Shown: positions 17,348 to 29,734 of the stretch, piece after piece
Numbering within the stretch: the first letter of the stretch is position 1
How the letters are laid out: every line of letters starts with the position of its first letter
NCBI RefSeq assembly: GCF_003334785.1
Contig: NZ_QOWV01000001.1
Origin: Escherichia coli
GTDB taxonomy: Bacteria > Pseudomonadota > Gammaproteobacteria > Enterobacterales > Enterobacteriaceae
Length of the DNA: 64,000 nucleotides
Strand: one strand, 5' to 3'
Notes under the pieces: generated by a model
What the model was told of the DNA's origin: nothing
Database searches by the model: none
Seen by the model: only the letters and a program-made list of their open reading frames with translations
Made by a program: the position numbers and the translations under genes

Positions 17348-18712
17348 ATGTCTTTCGATTCTTTGGGTTTAAGCCCTGATATCCTGCGCGCCGTTGCCGA
17401 GCAGGGTTACCGTGAACCCACCCCTATTCAGCAGCAGGCGATCCCTGCGGTGCTGGAAGGCCGCGACCTGATGGCTAGCGCCCAGACCGGCACCGGCAAA
17501 ACAGCGGGCTTTACGCTGCCGCTGTTGCAACACCTGATCACTCGCCAGCCGCACGCCAAAGGGCGTCGTCCGGTACGTGCGCTCATTCTTACCCCGACCC
17601 GTGAACTGGCGGCGCAGATTGGCGAAAACGTCCGTGATTACAGCAAATACCTGAACATTCGTTCGCTGGTGGTGTTTGGTGGTGTGAGTATTAACCCGCA
17701 GATGATGAAACTGCGTGGCGGCGTTGATGTGCTGGTGGCAACCCCGGGACGTTTGCTGGACCTGGAACATCAGAATGCAGTGAAGCTGGATCAGGTTGAA
17801 ATCCTCGTCCTCGATGAAGCTGACCGCATGCTCGACATGGGCTTTATCCACGATATCCGTCGCGTGTTAACAAAACTACCTGCGAAGCGCCAGAACCTGT
17901 TATTCTCCGCGACCTTCTCTGACGATATTAAAGCCCTGGCGGAAAAACTGTTGCACAACCCGCTGGAAATCGAAGTGGCACGCCGCAATACCGCGTCTGA
18001 TCAGGTGACCCAGCACGTTCACTTTGTCGATAAGAAACGCAAACGCGAATTGCTGTCGCACATGATTGGGAAAGGGAACTGGCAGCAGGTGCTGGTGTTT
18101 ACCCGTACCAAACACGGCGCTAACCATCTGGCTGAACAGCTCAATAAAGATGGCATCCGTAGTGCGGCGATCCACGGCAATAAATCGCAAGGTGCGCGTA
18201 CTCGTGCGCTGGCTGATTTTAAATCGGGCGATATTCGTGTACTGGTGGCAACTGACATCGCTGCGCGCGGCCTGGATATTGAAGAGCTGCCGCACGTCGT
18301 CAACTATGAACTGCCAAACGTACCTGAAGATTATGTCCACCGTATCGGGCGTACCGGTCGTGCGGCTGCTACCGGTGAAGCGTTGTCGCTGGTGTGTGTT
18401 GATGAACACAAACTGCTGCGTGATATCGAAAAACTGCTGAAAAAAGAGATCCCGCGCATTGCGATTCCGGGCTATGAGCCGGACCCGTCAATCAAAGCCG
18501 AACCGATCCAGAACGGTCGCCAGCAACGTGGCGGCGGCGGTCGTGGGCAAGGTGGTGGTCGCGGTCAACAGCAACCACGCCGTGGGGAAGGTGGCGCAAA
18601 ATCTGCAAGCGCGAAACCTGCAGAAAAACCGTCTCGCCGCCTCGGCGATGCCAAACCGGCAGGCGAACAACAACGTCGCCGCCGTCCGCGTAAACCTGCC
18701 GCTGCGCAGTAA
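17348..18712 (+). CDS. rhlE: RhlE, DEAD-box ATP-dependent RNA helicase (454 aa)
   Basis: Walker [14 protein letters not shown] box [12 protein letters not shown] motif; Arg/Gly-rich basic C-terminal tail. Confidence 0.96.
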
Positions 18713-18764
18713 TCTTTTATGCCGGGCTATGCCCGGCATCAGGCTGATGAACAAACGCAAAACT

Positions 18765-18863
<99 letters not shown>

Positions 18864-18943
18864 TTTCACAACAAGCACTTGTCAGCAATTTGAGAACACG
18901 GGAAAAAATTTATCTGTTTTACCGCCCATAAGCCACCGAGACG

Positions 18944-19426
18944 TTACTTCTCTATAGCCAATTGTTCGCGCAACTCCATTAAAAGGTAGCCCAGTCGATT
19001 CTTGCCCTTACCATGACCACCGTCTCCCCAGTAAGCATCGTTTTCCGTATGCTCAACCAGTTTTGCGGGCGCGGTTGCCAGCAAGAGCGCACGCAGTTCT
19101 GCATGCTGTTCGAATTTAGCGCGAAGTGCTTTTCGCATCACCTGTTCTTTGACCGACTCCCAGTTTTTACGCAGAGGCTTAGAACGATCGCGCCCCATGC
19201 GTGCGGCGACCATAGGGGAAGAAACCCGACGGATCTCTTCGCGGTATTTTTCATCAAGGAATTTTTGTGCCTGAAAATAGTGTTCTGAGGTGGGCCAGGT
19301 TTTCCCGTCAACCTTGATGGGCCAGGCGGCAAAGTTAGAAAAATCACCGTAGTCATCGCTGGTGCTGTAGAAATTTATGATGGTGTCTTGCATGACGTGT
19401 TGGATCCTTTGTGCTCGAACGGGCAT
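18944..19426 (-). CDS. ybiA: YbiA, N-glycosidase acting on riboflavin-biosynthesis intermediates (160 aa)
   Basis: ORF 18944..19426 minus; sequence recognised. Confidence 0.9.
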   Translation of the reverse strand: MPVRAQRIQHVMQDTIINFYSTSDDYGDFSNFAAWPIKVDGKTWPTSEHYFQAQKFLDEKYREEIRRVSSPMVAARMGRDRSKPLRKNWESVKEQVMRKALRAKFEQHAELRALLLATAPAKLVEHTENDAYWGDGGHGKGKNRLGYLLMELREQLAIEK

Positions 19427-19511
19427 TAAACCGCATTATGTTGGTGGTTATTGCGAGCCGCTTTCCAGAAACAGAAAAACCATTACCCCTGAAAACCGAA
19501 AAATGCCACAA

Positions 19512-19531
19512 TATTGGCTGTTTATACAGTA
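19512..19531. promoter_or_regulatory. LexA (SOS) box of dinG, non-canonical left half
   Basis: tattggctgtttatacagta, 15 nt upstream of the dinG ATG; right half ACAGTA canonical, left half TTGG instead of CTGT. Confidence 0.65.
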
Positions 19532-19545
19532 TTTCAGGTTTTCTC

Positions 19546-21696
19546 ATGGCATTAACCGCCGCGCTTAAAGCGCAAATTGCCGCCTGGTATAAGGCGCTTC
19601 AGGAACAGATCCCCGACTTTATTCCCCGTGCGCCGCAGCGGCAGATGATTGCGGACGTCGCCAAAACGCTGGCCGGAGAAGAAGGGCGACATCTGGCGAT
19701 TGAAGCCCCCACCGGCGTTGGGAAAACGCTCTCTTATTTGATTCCCGGCATCGCCATTGCCCGCGAAGAGCAAAAAACGCTGGTGGTGAGTACCGCCAAC
19801 GTGGCATTGCAGGATCAGATTTACAGCAAAGATTTACCGCTGCTGAAAAAGATCATTCCCGATCTTAAATTCACTGCCGCTTTTGGGCGTGGGCGCTACG
19901 TTTGTCCGCGTAATCTGACGGCGCTCGCCAGTACTGAACCCACGCAACAGGATCTGCTGGCGTTTCTTGACGACGAACTGACGCCGAACAATCAGGAAGA
20001 GCAAAAACGTTGTGCGAAGCTGAAGGGCGATCTCGATACTTATAAATGGGATGGTCTGCGCGATCATACTGATATCGCTATAGATGACGATCTCTGGCGT
20101 CGTTTAAGTACCGACAAAGCCAGCTGCCTCAACCGCAATTGTTACTACTATCGTGAATGCCCGTTTTTTGTCGCTCGTCGGGAGATTCAGGAAGCGGAAG
20201 TGGTGGTGGCAAACCATGCGCTGGTGATGGCGGCGATGGAAAGCGAAGCGGTATTGCCTGACCCGAAAAATTTACTGCTGGTGCTGGACGAAGGCCATCA
20301 CCTGCCGGATGTGGCGCGGGATGCGCTTGAGATGAGCGCCGAAATCACCGCGCCGTGGTATCGGCTACAGCTGGACTTGTTCACGAAACTGGTCGCTACC
20401 TGCATGGAGCAGTTTCGCCCGAAGACCATCCCACCGCTGGCGATCCCTGAACGTTTGAATGCGCATTGTGAAGAGTTGTATGAGCTTATCGCCTCGTTAA
20501 ACAACATTCTCAATCTCTACATGCCTGCCGGGCAGGAGGCAGAGCACCGTTTTGCGATGGGCGAACTGCCAGATGAAGTGCTGGAGATCTGCCAGCGGCT
20601 GGCAAAACTCACCGAGATGCTGCGTGGCCTGGCGGAGTTATTTCTTAACGATTTAAGTGAGAAAACCGGCAGCCATGACATTGTACGTCTGCATCGGTTG
20701 ATTTTGCAGATGAACCGCGCGTTGGGGATGTTCGAGGCGCAAAGCAAACTCTGGCGGCTGGCTTCGCTGGCGCAATCTTCCGGTGCACCGGTGACCAAAT
20801 GGGCGACGCGGGAAGAGCGCGAAGGGCAGCTACACCTCTGGTTTCACTGCGTGGGAATACGTGTCAGCGATCAGCTGGAAAGGCTGCTGTGGCGCAGTAT
20901 TCCGCACATTATTGTCACCTCCGCAACCTTGCGTTCGCTGAACAGTTTTTCGCGTTTGCAGGAGATGAGTGGTCTGAAAGAGAAAGCGGGCGACCGTTTT
21001 GTGGCGCTGGATTCCCCCTTTAACCACTGCGAACAGGGCAAAATTGTTATTCCCCGGATGCGCGTTGAGCCTTCCATCGACAACGAAGAGCAGCATATTG
21101 CCGAAATGGCGGCCTTTTTCCGTAAGCAGGTGGAGAGCAAAAAACATCTCGGTATGTTGGTACTGTTTGCCAGCGGACGGGCGATGCAGCGCTTTCTCGA
21201 CTATGTGACGGATTTACGTCTGATGTTGCTGGTTCAGGGCGATCAGCCGCGTTACCGTTTAGTTGAACTGCACCGCAAACGCGTCGCCAACGGTGAGCGC
21301 AGCGTGCTGGTGGGCTTACAGTCATTTGCCGAAGGGCTTGATTTGAAAGGTGATCTGCTCAGCCAGGTGCATATCCACAAAATCGCTTTTCCGCCCATCG
21401 ACAGCCCGGTGGTGATCACCGAAGGGGAATGGCTGAAAAGCCTCAACCGCTATCCGTTTGAGGTGCAAAGCCTGCCGAGCGCCTCGTTTAACCTGATTCA
21501 GCAGGTTGGGCGACTGATTCGAAGCCACGGTTGCTGGGGCGAAGTGGTTATCTACGACAAACGCTTGCTGACCAAAAATTATGGCAAGCGACTACTGGAT
21601 GCATTACCGGTATTTCCGATAGAGCAACCGGAAGTCCCTGAAGGTATAGTTAAAAAGAAAGAAAAAACGAAATCCCCACGCCGTCGGCGGCGTTAA
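19546..21696 (+). CDS. dinG: DinG, ATP-dependent DNA helicase (716 aa)
   Basis: ORF 19411..21696; start at internal ATG 19546 (MALTAALKAQ); Walker A APTGVGKTL; DEGHH motif; Cys cluster consistent with an Fe-S domain. Confidence 0.95.
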   Translation: MALTAALKAQIAAWYKALQEQIPDFIPRAPQRQMIADVAKTLAGEEGRHLAIEAPTGVGKTLSYLIPGIAIAREEQKTLVVSTANVALQDQIYSKDLPLLKKIIPDLKFTAAFGRGRYVCPRNLTALASTEPTQQDLLAFLDDELTPNNQEEQKRCAKLKGDLDTYKWDGLRDHTDIAIDDDLWRRLSTDKASCLNRNCYYYRECPFFVARREIQEAEVVVANHALVMAAMESEAVLPDPKNLLLVLDEGHHLPDVARDALEMSAEITAPWYRLQLDLFTKLVATCMEQFRPKTIPPLAIPERLNAHCEELYELIASLNNILNLYMPAGQEAEHRFAMGELPDEVLEICQRLAKLTEMLRGLAELFLNDLSEKTGSHDIVRLHRLILQMNRALGMFEAQSKLWRLASLAQSSGAPVTKWATREEREGQLHLWFHCVGIRVSDQLERLLWRSIPHIIVTSATLRSLNSFSRLQEMSGLKEKAGDRFVALDSPFNHCEQGKIVIPRMRVEPSIDNEEQHIAEMAAFFRKQVESKKHLGMLVLFASGRAMQRFLDYVTDLRLMLLVQGDQPRYRLVELHRKRVANGERSVLVGLQSFAEGLDLKGDLLSQVHIHKIAFPPIDSPVVITEGEWLKSLNRYPFEVQSLPSASFNLIQQVGRLIRSHGCWGEVVIYDKRLLTKNYGKRLLDALPVFPIEQPEVPEGIVKKKEKTKSPRRRRR

Positions 21697-21723
21697 TGAT
21701 GTGAGTCAGGTAAGGAGTCGTAA

Positions 21724-22686
<963 letters not shown>

Positions 22687-22692
22687 TTCTTT

Positions 22693-22769
<77 letters not shown>

Positions 22770-22814
22770 ACGCCCGGCGTGCAGCATAAAAATACAACAA
22801 ACACATAACATAAA

Positions 22815-23910
<1,096 letters not shown>

Positions 23911-23912
<2 letters not shown>

Positions 23913-23940
23913 AAAAAAGCCCGTCCAGTGGCGGACGGGC
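23911..23940. terminator. Hairpin terminator at hcxB 3' end (A-run, GC stem)
   Basis: aaaaaaaa then gcccgtcc-agtggc-ggacgggc; orientation of the A/T run suits termination of minus-strand transcripts. Confidence 0.5.
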
Positions 23941-24017
23941 AAACAAGGGTAACATAGGATCAATGAGGGTTAGAGCATATGCGTCTGTCGGCAAACAGAC
24001 AGGGAAATACTTGTGCT

Positions 24018-24137
24018 GGACGTAGCGTAAACGCCTGATCCGTCCAACGGTTCGGATTTTGTAGGCCTGATAAGACGCGGTAGCGTCGCATCAGGCATCT
24101 GTTGCCGGATGCGGCGTAAACGCCTTATCCGTCCTAC
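24018..24137. repeat. REP/BIME cluster between hcxB and ybiJ
   Basis: Three REP-like units including gtaggcctgataagacgcggtagcgtcgcatcaggc and gccggatgcggcgtaaacgccttatccgtcctac. Confidence 0.8.
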
Positions 24138-24140
24138 GAA

Positions 24141-24401
24141 TTACTTATAAATTACCGCAGTACCGCTTAATTTATTGTTGTTGGTGGCGGAAGTGATGCT
24201 GTATCCACTGGCACCGGCTGCCGCGGCTTTCTCAGCCAGTTTCGCTTCCAGGGCATCGAGGGTGGATGCGCCATCGGCAGAAACCACGCCGATTTTATTC
24301 ATGTTCTGTGCCTGGGATGCCGTTACCGGTTCCGCCGCGAACACGCCAAATGACAGAGTTGAAAGAGCCATAGCAGCAACAACAGTATTGATAGTTTTCA
24401 T
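24141..24401 (-). CDS. ybiJ: YbiJ, DUF1471 (YhcN-family) secreted small protein (86 aa)
   Basis: ORF 24141..24401 minus; signal peptide; C-terminus GTAVIYK; paralog of mcbA in this window. Confidence 0.9.
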   Translation of the reverse strand: MKTINTVVAAMALSTLSFGVFAAEPVTASQAQNMNKIGVVSADGASTLDALEAKLAEKAAAAGASGYSITSATNNNKLSGTAVIYK

Positions 24402-24665
24402 AATTAATCTCTCGCAGGTGATTTTTGTATAAGTGACGTTGTTTCGTCGATGTGATGAGTATCACGTTTTTTTACGAGAGATAAAATCGAAGAGAATTGA
24501 CCGCCTTGTTCAAATAAATTGATTGATATCTAACCTACTGATAAACCATTTATTTGTTGTACTTATGAACTTGTTTTATACCGCGTGGCAGTCACAGCAG
24601 CGTTAAAGGCACGGAATGACACGCAAAATACAAATTATACTCGCTATGCATCTCGCCAGTTGTAG

Positions 24666-24932
24666 TTAACGTAACTGGCTGTCTTTCGAACCTCTGCGAT
24701 TATATCCTGTATAAGCTGGTTTTTGTAAATCTTTCTCCTGCTGACAATGAATACATAAGCGCACGCCAGGAATGGCTTCCCGACGGGCCTGCGGGATGGG
24801 GGCACCGCACTCTTCACATTCATCCAGGCTTTCGCCGCGCGGAATTTCACCCCGAGCGCGGGCAATCGCATCTTCAATTGTACTGTTGATCTGTTCGTTG
24901 ACGGCGTCATCGTTAGCCCAACCGGATGCCAT
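24666..24932 (-). CDS. ybiI: YbiI, DksA/TraR-family C4-type zinc-finger protein (88 aa)
   Basis: ORF 24666..24932 minus; CEEC...CIHC zinc-finger motif. Confidence 0.88.
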   Translation of the reverse strand: MASGWANDDAVNEQINSTIEDAIARARGEIPRGESLDECEECGAPIPQARREAIPGVRLCIHCQQEKDLQKPAYTGYNRRGSKDSQLR

Positions 24933-25005
24933 ATCGACCTCCCCATATCAATACTTGTACAGTTAAGTGTAGCTAATCCAGGGACGAACTCGGGCAGTTC
25001 AAGCA

Positions 25006-25683
25006 TCAGATCTCCGACCATTCCCGCAGCAGATTATGATAAAGATTAAGCAGCGACAGGATCTCTTCACTTTCGCCGTAGCGGCTTTTCAGCGACTGAA
25101 TATTGTTGTCCAGTTCAAACAGCATGGCGCGCTTTTTATCATCGCGGATCATCGACTGGATCCACATAAATGATGCCACTCGTACGCCGCGGGTTACGGG
25201 TGTCACGCAATGCAGGCTGCTGGAGGGATACAACACGAGATCGCCTGCCGGGAGTTTTACCCGATGTTGTCCGAAGGTGTCATTAACGACCAGTTCGCCG
25301 CCGTCGTAGCTTTGTGGATCGCTTAAAAACAGCGTGGCAGAAAGGTCAGTACGCATCCAGCCGTTTTGTGGATGGCTGCGTACTGCGCCATCCACATGGA
25401 AACCATAGGTTTCATTGTTCTGATAGCGATTAAACAGCGGCGTGGAAAGGGTACGCGGCAAGGCCGCGGCAAAGAATAAAGCATGTTGGTTAACCGCGTT
25501 CAGCACCTCATTTTGCAGGGCGGCGTATAACGTGCTGCGGGTGTCGACCTGTTGATTGTTCTTAACTTGCGCACCTTGTGCGCCGGTGGTGACGCGTCCA
25601 TCCACCCATTCGGCTTGTTCCAGTTGTTCGCGAAAACGAGCGACGTCCTGTGGCGATAACACGCCGGGAATGTGGTACATCAT
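25006..25683 (-). CDS. ybiX: YbiX, PKHD-type Fe(II)/2-oxoglutarate-dependent hydroxylase (225 aa)
   Basis: ORF 25006..25719 minus; start at ATG 25683 (MMYHIPGVL); HVDG iron-binding motif; 41 nt after fiu stop. Confidence 0.9.
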
Positions 25684-25724
25684 ACAATTTCTCCAAAAAG
25701 TGGGGCCTGCGCCCCACATCTGAA

Positions 25725-28007
25725 TCAGAAATGCATATTGGCTGTGAGCAAGAAGGTTCTTGGCTCGCCCGGGTGATAACGGTAGCCGCTCTTGTTGATT
25801 GAGGCGACGTAATCGGTATCAAACAGGTTGTAAACGTTTAGCTGGAAGTCGAGATTGCGATTAACTCGATACCCCAGTTTGGCATCGGCGACCCAGTAAC
25901 CTTCGGTAAACGCTGGCGTTCCCACCGCGCCGTCTGAACCTTTATGCATACTGCCGATATAGCGTGCGCCCGCGCCAACAGAGATATCGTCGGTTGCCTG
26001 ATATTGGCTCCATAAGGTGAAGGCGTGCTCCGGGGTATACGGCAGCGATGAGGAACCATCCTGGGCAACATCTTTGCCGTTTTTGATGGTTGCTTTTTGC
26101 TGGGTATAGCCGCCAATCACCTGCCACGCGGGAGTGATATTCCCGGCCACGGATATCTCATAGCCTTCGACGCGTTTCTTACCGTATTGCGAGTAAGTTC
26201 CGTCATCATTTTGCTCAACTTCATTTTCGATATCAGTGCGGAACAGCGCGGCGGTGAGCAACAGACGTTTATCCAGAACCTGCCATTTGGTGCCAATCTC
26301 GCTGGTGTTGGCTTTTTGCGGTTTAAAATCGGTGCGGTTGGCACTGTTACCGCTGCCAGACTGCGCAAGGGCGAAGTTGTTGCCGCCCGGAGGCTGCTGG
26401 GAAACGGCATAGTTAATATAGACATTGCCGTTTTCCGTCAGGTGATACAGCGCCCCGGCTTTCCAGTTCATCAGATTGCCCGACTTGGCGGTGTCGACGG
26501 TGGTGACCGGAGAACCTTTTGCCACACCAGTTGGGCAGGTGATGGCACCGCGTCCGCTGCCGCCGCAGGCGGTGGCACTGTCATATTCAGTATGATAATT
26601 ATCCAGACGGATCCCGCCGTTCAGCTCAAAATCACGGGTGATTTGCAGCGTATCAAAGGCGTAAATTGCGAAGGTATCCGTCTGACCATTGGCGTTTGCG
26701 CCGTTGCGCGTCAGGCCGCCGGGATGAATGCTGCTGTCAGGATGATAAATATTTACCGCGGGTAACGTCACCGGATTAACGCCGTAGTTAGTCTGCGTTT
26801 CACGGGTAAATTCCACGCCGGTACTGACATCATGACCGATAGAACCGGTATAGAACGTCGAGGTCAGGTTGGTCTGGTTGGTGAGAATTTTATTACTCAC
26901 ATCTTTGGTATTCGCCGTGCGTGACCAGGTCCAGCTATTCACATCGCTGGTGGGCTGAGTAATATTCGACGCCCCGCCCATAATCGCCGTCATCAGGTAA
27001 TCCTGCTTTACGCGCGACCAACGGGTAGTATTGCGAATGGTGGTGTTATCGTTGATGTCGTGCTCAAAACGCATGGTGGCGGTGTCGGTGGTCGAATCGT
27101 CGTAATCGGAATCCGTGCCGTAAAAGTTATGAGTATCAACTTTTCCGGAATGATTCAGGGCCGCCGTTCCCGCAGATGGGGCAGAATAGCCCGGCAAACC
27201 GATGGTCGGAATGCCGCCGTCTGGCGTGTTGTGCTGGGTGACATGCAGATAATTAAGATACAAACGATTCGCTGTACCAAGGCCAAAAGCGACAGAAGGG
27301 GCGACGCCGTAACGCTCATTTTTGACTTTGTCGCGTCCGGCATCGTGCGTTTTTTCGCCCATTACATTCAGGCGCACCGCGGTGGTATCACCAATGACCT
27401 GATTGACGTCCAGCGTGCCGCGGCGGAACCAGGCGCTGCCAATACTGGCGGAGGCGTCAATGCCGGAATCATTGCGCGGCTGCTTGCTGATCATATTGAT
27501 CGAGCCTGTCGGTGCGCTGCGCCCGTAGTCGGTGCCGGACGGCCCTTTAATCACTTCGACCTGCTCGGTATTGAAGGTGTCGCGCGAGACGCTGCCGATA
27601 TCGCGAATGCCATCAATATAAATACTGTTAGAGGTATCGGCACCACGCATATAAATGGCGTCGCCAGTGGTGGAGTTACCGTTCTCACCCGCAAAAAACG
27701 CACCCACGCCGGGGACGTTTTTGAGCGCGTCGGTAAGGTTGGTTGCGCCCTGATCTTTAATCACTTGTTCAGAAATTACCGTCATCGTGCGGGTAGTATC
27801 CGCTACCGGACGCGAGAATTTCGGATCGGCAGATTGTTGTGGCGCATAAAGCGAAGGCGTTGATGCTTCGACAACCAGCGTGTCATCCGCGTTAGTTTGC
27901 CCTTCGGCGGCGAGTGCCTGAGCCACAGGCGTGATGCCAATACAAAGACCGGCAAAGAACGTGAGCGAATGAAATTGTCTGGCAGGGAAATTGCGATTGT
28001 TTTCCAT
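25725..28007 (-). CDS. fiu: Fiu, TonB-dependent catecholate-siderophore outer-membrane receptor (760 aa)
   Basis: ORF 25725..28007 minus; signal peptide; C-terminal aromatic residue (ANMHF). Confidence 0.95.
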
Positions 28008-28100
28008 TTTGCAGGTGACTTTTTCTTATATGTTGAAATTTTCACTGCCACGAGAAAGCCTCTCTGCGGATGCGATGCCACTGTTAATCCCGTGATAGTG

Positions 28101-28128
28101 ATCGTGAAAGTGATAATAATTTTGATAA
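28101..28128. promoter_or_regulatory. Fur box(es) in fiu promoter
   Basis: tgataataattttgataagcattatcac matches the GATAATGATAATCATTATC consensus, about 100 nt upstream of fiu ATG. Confidence 0.65.
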
Positions 28129-28271
28129 GCATTATCACTTGGAGCGATTTTCTATCACCCATTGCGCGAAAAAGAAATACATTTATTTACATTGAGTTCA
28201 TATTTGATGTTTTTTGATTACAAAACAGACGAAAACTGCATCCAGAGGCGAATGCAGTTACGTTGGTGGGG

Positions 28272-28532
28272 TTATTTGTAGATGGTTGCAGTACCGAACA
28301 TCTGGTCATTTCCGCCTGCGGAATTAATGACATAACCTTTCGCGCCTTGTTCGCGCGCTTTTTCTGCCAGTTTATCCTCCAGATCGCTTAGGTTTGATGC
28401 GCCAGTTGCCGAAACGGTACCGGCGGGCCGTAGCTGACCGCTGTCCAGGTTACTCATCGGTTGCGCGGCATAAGCCGTGAGAGAGATTCCGCTCAGGACG
28501 GTGGCAATCAGTAGTGTGAGGCACTTTTTCAT
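28272..28532 (-). CDS. mcbA: McbA (YbiM), DUF1471 secreted small protein linked to colanic acid/biofilm control (86 aa)
   Basis: ORF 28272..28676 minus; start at internal ATG 28532 (MKKCLTLLIA); signal peptide; C-terminus GTATIYK. Confidence 0.88.
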   Translation of the reverse strand: MKKCLTLLIATVLSGISLTAYAAQPMSNLDSGQLRPAGTVSATGASNLSDLEDKLAEKAREQGAKGYVINSAGGNDQMFGTATIYK

Positions 28533-28807
28533 AATGACATCCTCATAAATACAACGGGTAGTGCCTGATAAGTGTAGGTCGCCTGCGCGATGCAAATGAC
28601 GCAAAAAATTGACAGAGATGTGCTTATTTTTTGAACGATATATTTTTACAAAATAAGACAAATCAATGACATGCATAATGCTGATTTTTATGATGAATTG
28701 CCATAAACCATAGCCATGTTAAGGTTTTGGGGAATGATAAACGCAGCCAGATATTTACCCTGTCGCGTTATGCGGGTATCTTACGCCGCTGCTTAAAGGA
28801 GAATGCT

Positions 28808-29734
28808 ATGTCCGCCCAGAAACCGGGGTTGCATCCGCGCAACCGTCATCACAGCCGCTACGATCTCGCCACGCTTTGTCAGGTCAATCCTGAACTCAGG
28901 CAATTCCTCACGCTTACACCCGCCGGGGAGCAAAGCGTAGACTTTGCCAATCCGCTGGCGGTGAAGGCGCTCAATAAGGCGTTGCTGGCCCATTTTTACG
29001 CCGTAGCGAACTGGGATATCCCCGACGGTTTTCTCTGCCCACCAGTACCGGGCCGGGCGGATTATATTCATCACCTTGCCGATTTACTGGCAGAAGCAAG
29101 CGGAACAATTCCAGCGAATGCCAGCATTCTGGATATCGGCGTTGGTGCGAACTGTATTTATCCGCTGATTGGCGTACATGAATATGGCTGGCGTTTTACC
29201 GGTAGTGAAACCAGCAGCCAGGCGTTAAGCAGTGCGCAGGCGATTATCAGTTCTAATCCGGGGCTTAACCGCGCCATTCGTCTGCGTCGGCAAAAAGAGA
29301 GTGGGGCGATTTTTAACGGCATCATCCATAAAAACGAGCAATACGACGCGACCTTGTGTAACCCGCCATTCCACGATTCCGCCGCTGCGGCACGGGCAGG
29401 TAGTGAGCGTAAACGCCGTAACCTGGGGCTGAACAAAGACGATGCACTGAACTTTGGCGGCCAGCAACAGGAGTTGTGGTGTGAAGGCGGTGAAGTCACC
29501 TTTATCAAAAAGATGATTGAAGAGAGCAAAGGCTTCGCGAAGCAGGTGATGTGGTTTACATCACTGGTATCTCGTGGTGAAAACTTACCGCCGTTGTATC
29601 GTGCCCTGACGGACGTGGGCGCGGTGAAGGTGGTTAAAAAAGAGATGGCCCAGGGGCAAAAGCAGAGTCGCTTTATTGCCTGGACCTTTATGAACGACGA
29701 GCAGCGCCGCCGTTTTGTCAATCGCCAGCGTTAA
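28808..29734 (+). CDS. rlmF: RlmF, 23S rRNA m6A1618 methyltransferase (308 aa)
   Basis: ORF 28727..29734; start at ATG 28808 ([10 protein letters not shown]); NPPF methyltransferase motif. Confidence 0.92.

Noticed and set aside
26097-27863. Long plus-strand ORFs (222 and 267 aa) inside fiu on the opposite strand
   Set aside because: They lie antisense within a well-supported 760-aa receptor gene, have no RBS and are low-complexity Gly/Arg/Ala-rich, which is typical of antisense frames in GC-rich coding DNA.
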